DNA of 64,000 nt. It comes from Thermoplasmata archaeon. Its GTDB lineage: Archaea; Thermoplasmatota; Thermoplasmata; Lutacidiplasmatales; UBA184. The translations under genes and the position numbers were made by a program. The stretch lies in contig JBKQPJ010000014.1 of assembly GCA_052326305.1 (NCBI GenBank), forward strand, positions 9,006 through 73,005, in the 5' to 3' direction. Positions 61,494 through 64,000 of the stretch are shown piece after piece. The notes under the pieces are model-generated. The model saw nothing but the letters and a program-made list of their open reading frames with translations. It searched no databases and was not told the DNA's origin. Positions within the stretch are counted from its first letter, which is position 1. Each line of letters starts with the position of its first letter.

Positions 61494-64000
61494 CTATACC
61501 GCGTCCTCCCGTGGACGGGTCGCGGGCCGGGCGGGTGGGGGGAACCAGAGGACGAGTGCGGCGATGAGGACCGCCCCTCCCGTGACGCTCACCTCAAAGA
61601 GCGTCTGGAGCGCCCGGACGGCGCTGATCGAAACCCCTAGGGAGGGGGACCAGACCGTGTCCGCCGTGAAGGTCAGTACGAACTCCTGGGGGCTTACTCC
61701 GGGTCCGGTGACGTTGATCGAGTACTGACCCGGAAGGATTCTGAGGTGGGCCGGTGTGGCGACCGGGAGCCGGCCGATTGTCACGCTGCCTCCCACCCCG
61801 GGGTTACCGACGGTCAGATTGACCATCGGTCGGAGCGTCCATTGATCGACCGACCCACTGCACGCGCCCGTCAGGACGAAGGAACGGGGCGTCGCAAGGA
61901 AGCTCAGGGAGGCCGGACACTCCCCGGTGAGGAGGGATCCCACGAATGTGCGGTTCGCGACGTCGAAGAAGGAGACACGGCCTGTACCATATGACCCGAC
62001 CGCTAGAATGTTGCCGTGGACCGCGAACCCTTCGGCCTGAGGCCCAGCCCCGACCGAAGCCAGGACCCCACCGCTCGTCGCGTTCAGCCACTCGAGCAGA
62101 CCCGTCGCGGCCCACGTCACCACGAGTACGGATCCGTTCACGTAGACATTGTCCGCCTCGAAGCCCAACTTGAAGACCGTTGCCTCGACCCCGGTCGACG
62201 CGTTGTAGACCCCCAGGACCGTGGTCGACCCGGAGGCGACGTACGCGTCGTTCGAGCTCGAACTCACGGACAACGCGGCAGGGGAGGCAACGACCGGGAA
62301 GCTTTCGATGGACGCTCCCGTGGACTCGTTGAACGCATAGAGCGTCGACGTCGACCGGCAGACGACTAGAACGGCGTTCAGGCCCGGATCGAATGCGAAG
62401 GCGGTCGGGGCCGCGGCAAGGTTCAATTCGAACGCCTGCGAGGTCGCGCATGCCGTCTCCACGTTCTCCACCACTATGTGGGAGGATAGGGCGGCCACCC
62501 AGATCTGTCCCGTTTCCGGATTGAATCCCACGGAACGAACCCCCGCGATTCCCGCCGGTAGCAGGAGCGAACCGCATTGTACCATCGTGGACCCATTGAA
62601 CAGATCGATCGCGGAGGAGTTCCAGGCCGAGGCAACTACGAGGTCGTCGCGCGGGCTGAAGGCTGTGAACGAGGAGCTCGTCCCCGGACCCGGCACGCTG
62701 ACCGAAAGGCTACCGGAAGGGGGTGGGCGGCCGAGCGCCCAGACCTGGACCGCCGACAACGCGAGTTGATTGCCGAACGTCTGGAGCATGTCGTACCGGC
62801 TCGCGATGTAGGTGGAGAGGTACGGGAAGTTCAGTTCGAGCGAACGGGTCCGGGCCCCCACCACGACCATCGGAACGTACGTCCCGTTCCACTTCTGGAA
62901 GATCTGGGCCCACGAGGGGGCGAGGTTCGTGCGGTCCGGACCCAGAGGAAGTGCGTCGAATGGACGGGGGCGATCGTACAGGTCTACAATGACCGTGATG
63001 TTGAGCAGGTTCGGCCGGTCCGCGGTAGTGATGAACGCAAGGTCCCCCGTGAACACGGTGGATCTCGCCGGCGTGTTGGCATCCACGTAACTCGCCACCT
63101 GGGAGACCATGTCGAGCGAGTAGACCCTTTGATTCGCGTTCTCATCGGACAAACTGCTCGCGAGCGGCTCGTTGTACGGGTTCGACGGACCCAGCACGGC
63201 GACGGCCGAGAAAAGACTCGACCCGACCAGTAGGAGAACCACCGCCGTGGCTAAGGCGCTCGGGCGGGGCGCGCGCTGTCGACCAAGTACGGTCGTGCGA
63301 GCCTCCCTGGCTGACTTTGGATCATCGCTAGGGGCCGGCTGGGCAACGGGGGCGAGAACACGCGTGAGGAGGATCCCTCCCCCTACCGAGGCGGGAACCG
63401 AGAGCTCGAGGGTTCGGTGGGTGAAGAAGCTCGCCGAAACCACCCCGTCGACGACGATCACCAGGGCGACCCATCCTAGGCAGAACGATAGGAGCAGGAG
63501 CTCGGCCGAGCCGGCCGACAGGCTCCAATCCGCGCGCTCGAGGGACCGGAAACCGTAGAACCAGCTGAACAAGAGGAGGCCCGTGAGGACCACTACCCCG
63601 TAGAACAGGAGGTCCCCGGTTCCGTAGCTGAAGTAGGTGACGGCGAGCCACGGAAGGGCTATCATGACGAGTCCCGCCAACTCCCCGGCCCTCTTCCCCC
63701 ACCAGCGATGGCCCGAAAGCATCAACAACATGCCGGGGACGAGGGCGAGTAGCGTCAGAAGCGTGGGTTCCAAGACCGCTGTGTAGCCCAACGCTCCCAG
63801 GCGCAGGGTGAGCGGCTGACCGTGGCCGAGGTATCCCGGCCCGGGACCGTACTCCACCCACATCCAGGAAAGGGAGGTCAGCCGGACGAACGCGAGAAGG
63901 ACCGTACCGAAGGTGAGGAGAACCCCGACCGATACGGCACCCAGCCGGAGGAGACAGGTCGCGAGGCGGTTCCGGTTCTGCCAGGCGACGACCAGGAAGA
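61494..64000 (-). CDS. Paralogue of the membrane + beta-propeller fusion protein (5' end outside window)
   Basis: Collinear with 57178-60231: NPYNEPL...QRVYSL...TYVPMVVVG...WLNATSGGVLA...TGECPASL...WTLRP, with a C-terminal TM GGAVLIAALVLWF. The reading frame stays open and hydrophobic upstream of Met 63863 to the window edge. Confidence 0.7.
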   Translation of the reverse strand, partial: FLVVAWQNRNRLATCLLRLGAVSVGVLLTFGTVLLAFVRLTSLSWMWVEYGPGPGYLGHGQPLTLRLGALGYTAVLEPTLLTLLALVPGMLLMLSGHRWWGKRAGELAGLVMIALPWLAVTYFSYGTGDLLFYGVVVLTGLLLFSWFYGFRSLERADWSLSAGSAELLLLSFCLGWVALVIVVDGVVSASFFTHRTLELSVPASVGGGILLTRVLAPVAQPAPSDDPKSAREARTTVLGRQRAPRPSALATAVVLLLVGSSLFSAVAVLGPSNPYNEPLASSLSDENANQRVYSLDMVSQVASYVDANTPARSTVFTGDLAFITTADRPNLLNITVIVDLYDRPRPFDALPLGPDRTNLAPSWAQIFQKWNGTYVPMVVVGARTRSLELNFPYLSTYIASRYDMLQTFGNQLALSAVQVWALGRPPPSGSLSVSVPGPGTSSSFTAFSPRDDLVVASAWNSSAIDLFNGSTMVQCGSLLLPAGIAGVRSVGFNPETGQIWVAALSSHIVVENVETACATSQAFELNLAAAPTAFAFDPGLNAVLVVCRSTSTLYAFNESTGASIESFPVVASPAALSVSSSSNDAYVASGSTTVLGVYNASTGVEATVFKLGFEADNVYVNGSVLVVTWAATGLLEWLNATSGGVLASVGAGPQAEGFAVHGNILAVGSYGTGRVSFFDVANRTFVGSLLTGECPASLSFLATPRSFVLTGACSGSVDQWTLRPMVNLTVGNPGVGGSVTIGRLPVATPAHLRILPGQYSINVTGPGVSPQEFVLTFTADTVWSPSLGVSISAVRALQTLFEVSVTGGAVLIAALVLWFPPPARPATRPREDAV

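Overview
High-GC archaeal chromosomal window. Supporting signals are an archaeal-type FtsZ, a class-III-signal pilin, an ER/SipW-type signal peptidase, and AT-rich TATA-like boxes about 27-32 nt upstream of many start codons. A Thermoplasmata-like lineage is only an inference from the domain repertoire. I support about 60 protein genes and recognise no rRNA, tRNA or CRISPR array.

Left to right:
- 1-11.7 kb: GNAT, a class III nucleotidyl cyclase-TPR protein, a small toxin-antitoxin pair, DUF1801 and SnoaL-like genes, ftsZ, DinB, zinc-ribbon membrane proteins and a methyltransferase.
- 11.8-16.3 kb: a DEAD-box helicase and a metF-like gene followed by a split MetE module.
- 16.4-18.5 kb: a three-gene pilin-like surface cluster.
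- 18.6-22.4 kb: a degenerate IS630-like gene and an ABC-2 exporter.
- 22.5-30 kb: a 2-oxoacid dehydrogenase operon ordered E1alpha-E1beta-E2-second E1alpha-E3-lipB-SDR.
- 30-36.3 kb: a nuclease-like protein, a VIT1 transporter, a large YVTN beta-propeller protein whose signal peptide lies out of frame, and an MFS exporter.
- 36.4-41.7 kb: a six-gene locus that looks like a TasA/SipW-type extracellular fibre system.
- 41.8-64 kb: NUDIX and DUF998 genes, then a long surface/glycosylation island. It holds a GHMP sugar kinase, GT2 x2, GT4, an epimerase, a sulfatase-like enzyme, an FkbM methyltransferase, a big secreted protein and polytopic membrane proteins. Two paralogous giant membrane proteins here have a beta-propeller-like ectodomain; a GT-C motif is visible in the complete copy.

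The strongest candidates for new biology are the TasA/SipW-like locus with its CPBP::S26 fusion peptidase, the membrane-propeller paralogues, and the dehydrogenase operon with two E1alpha genes but one E1beta. All family calls come from motif reading by eye and need HMM or structure confirmation.
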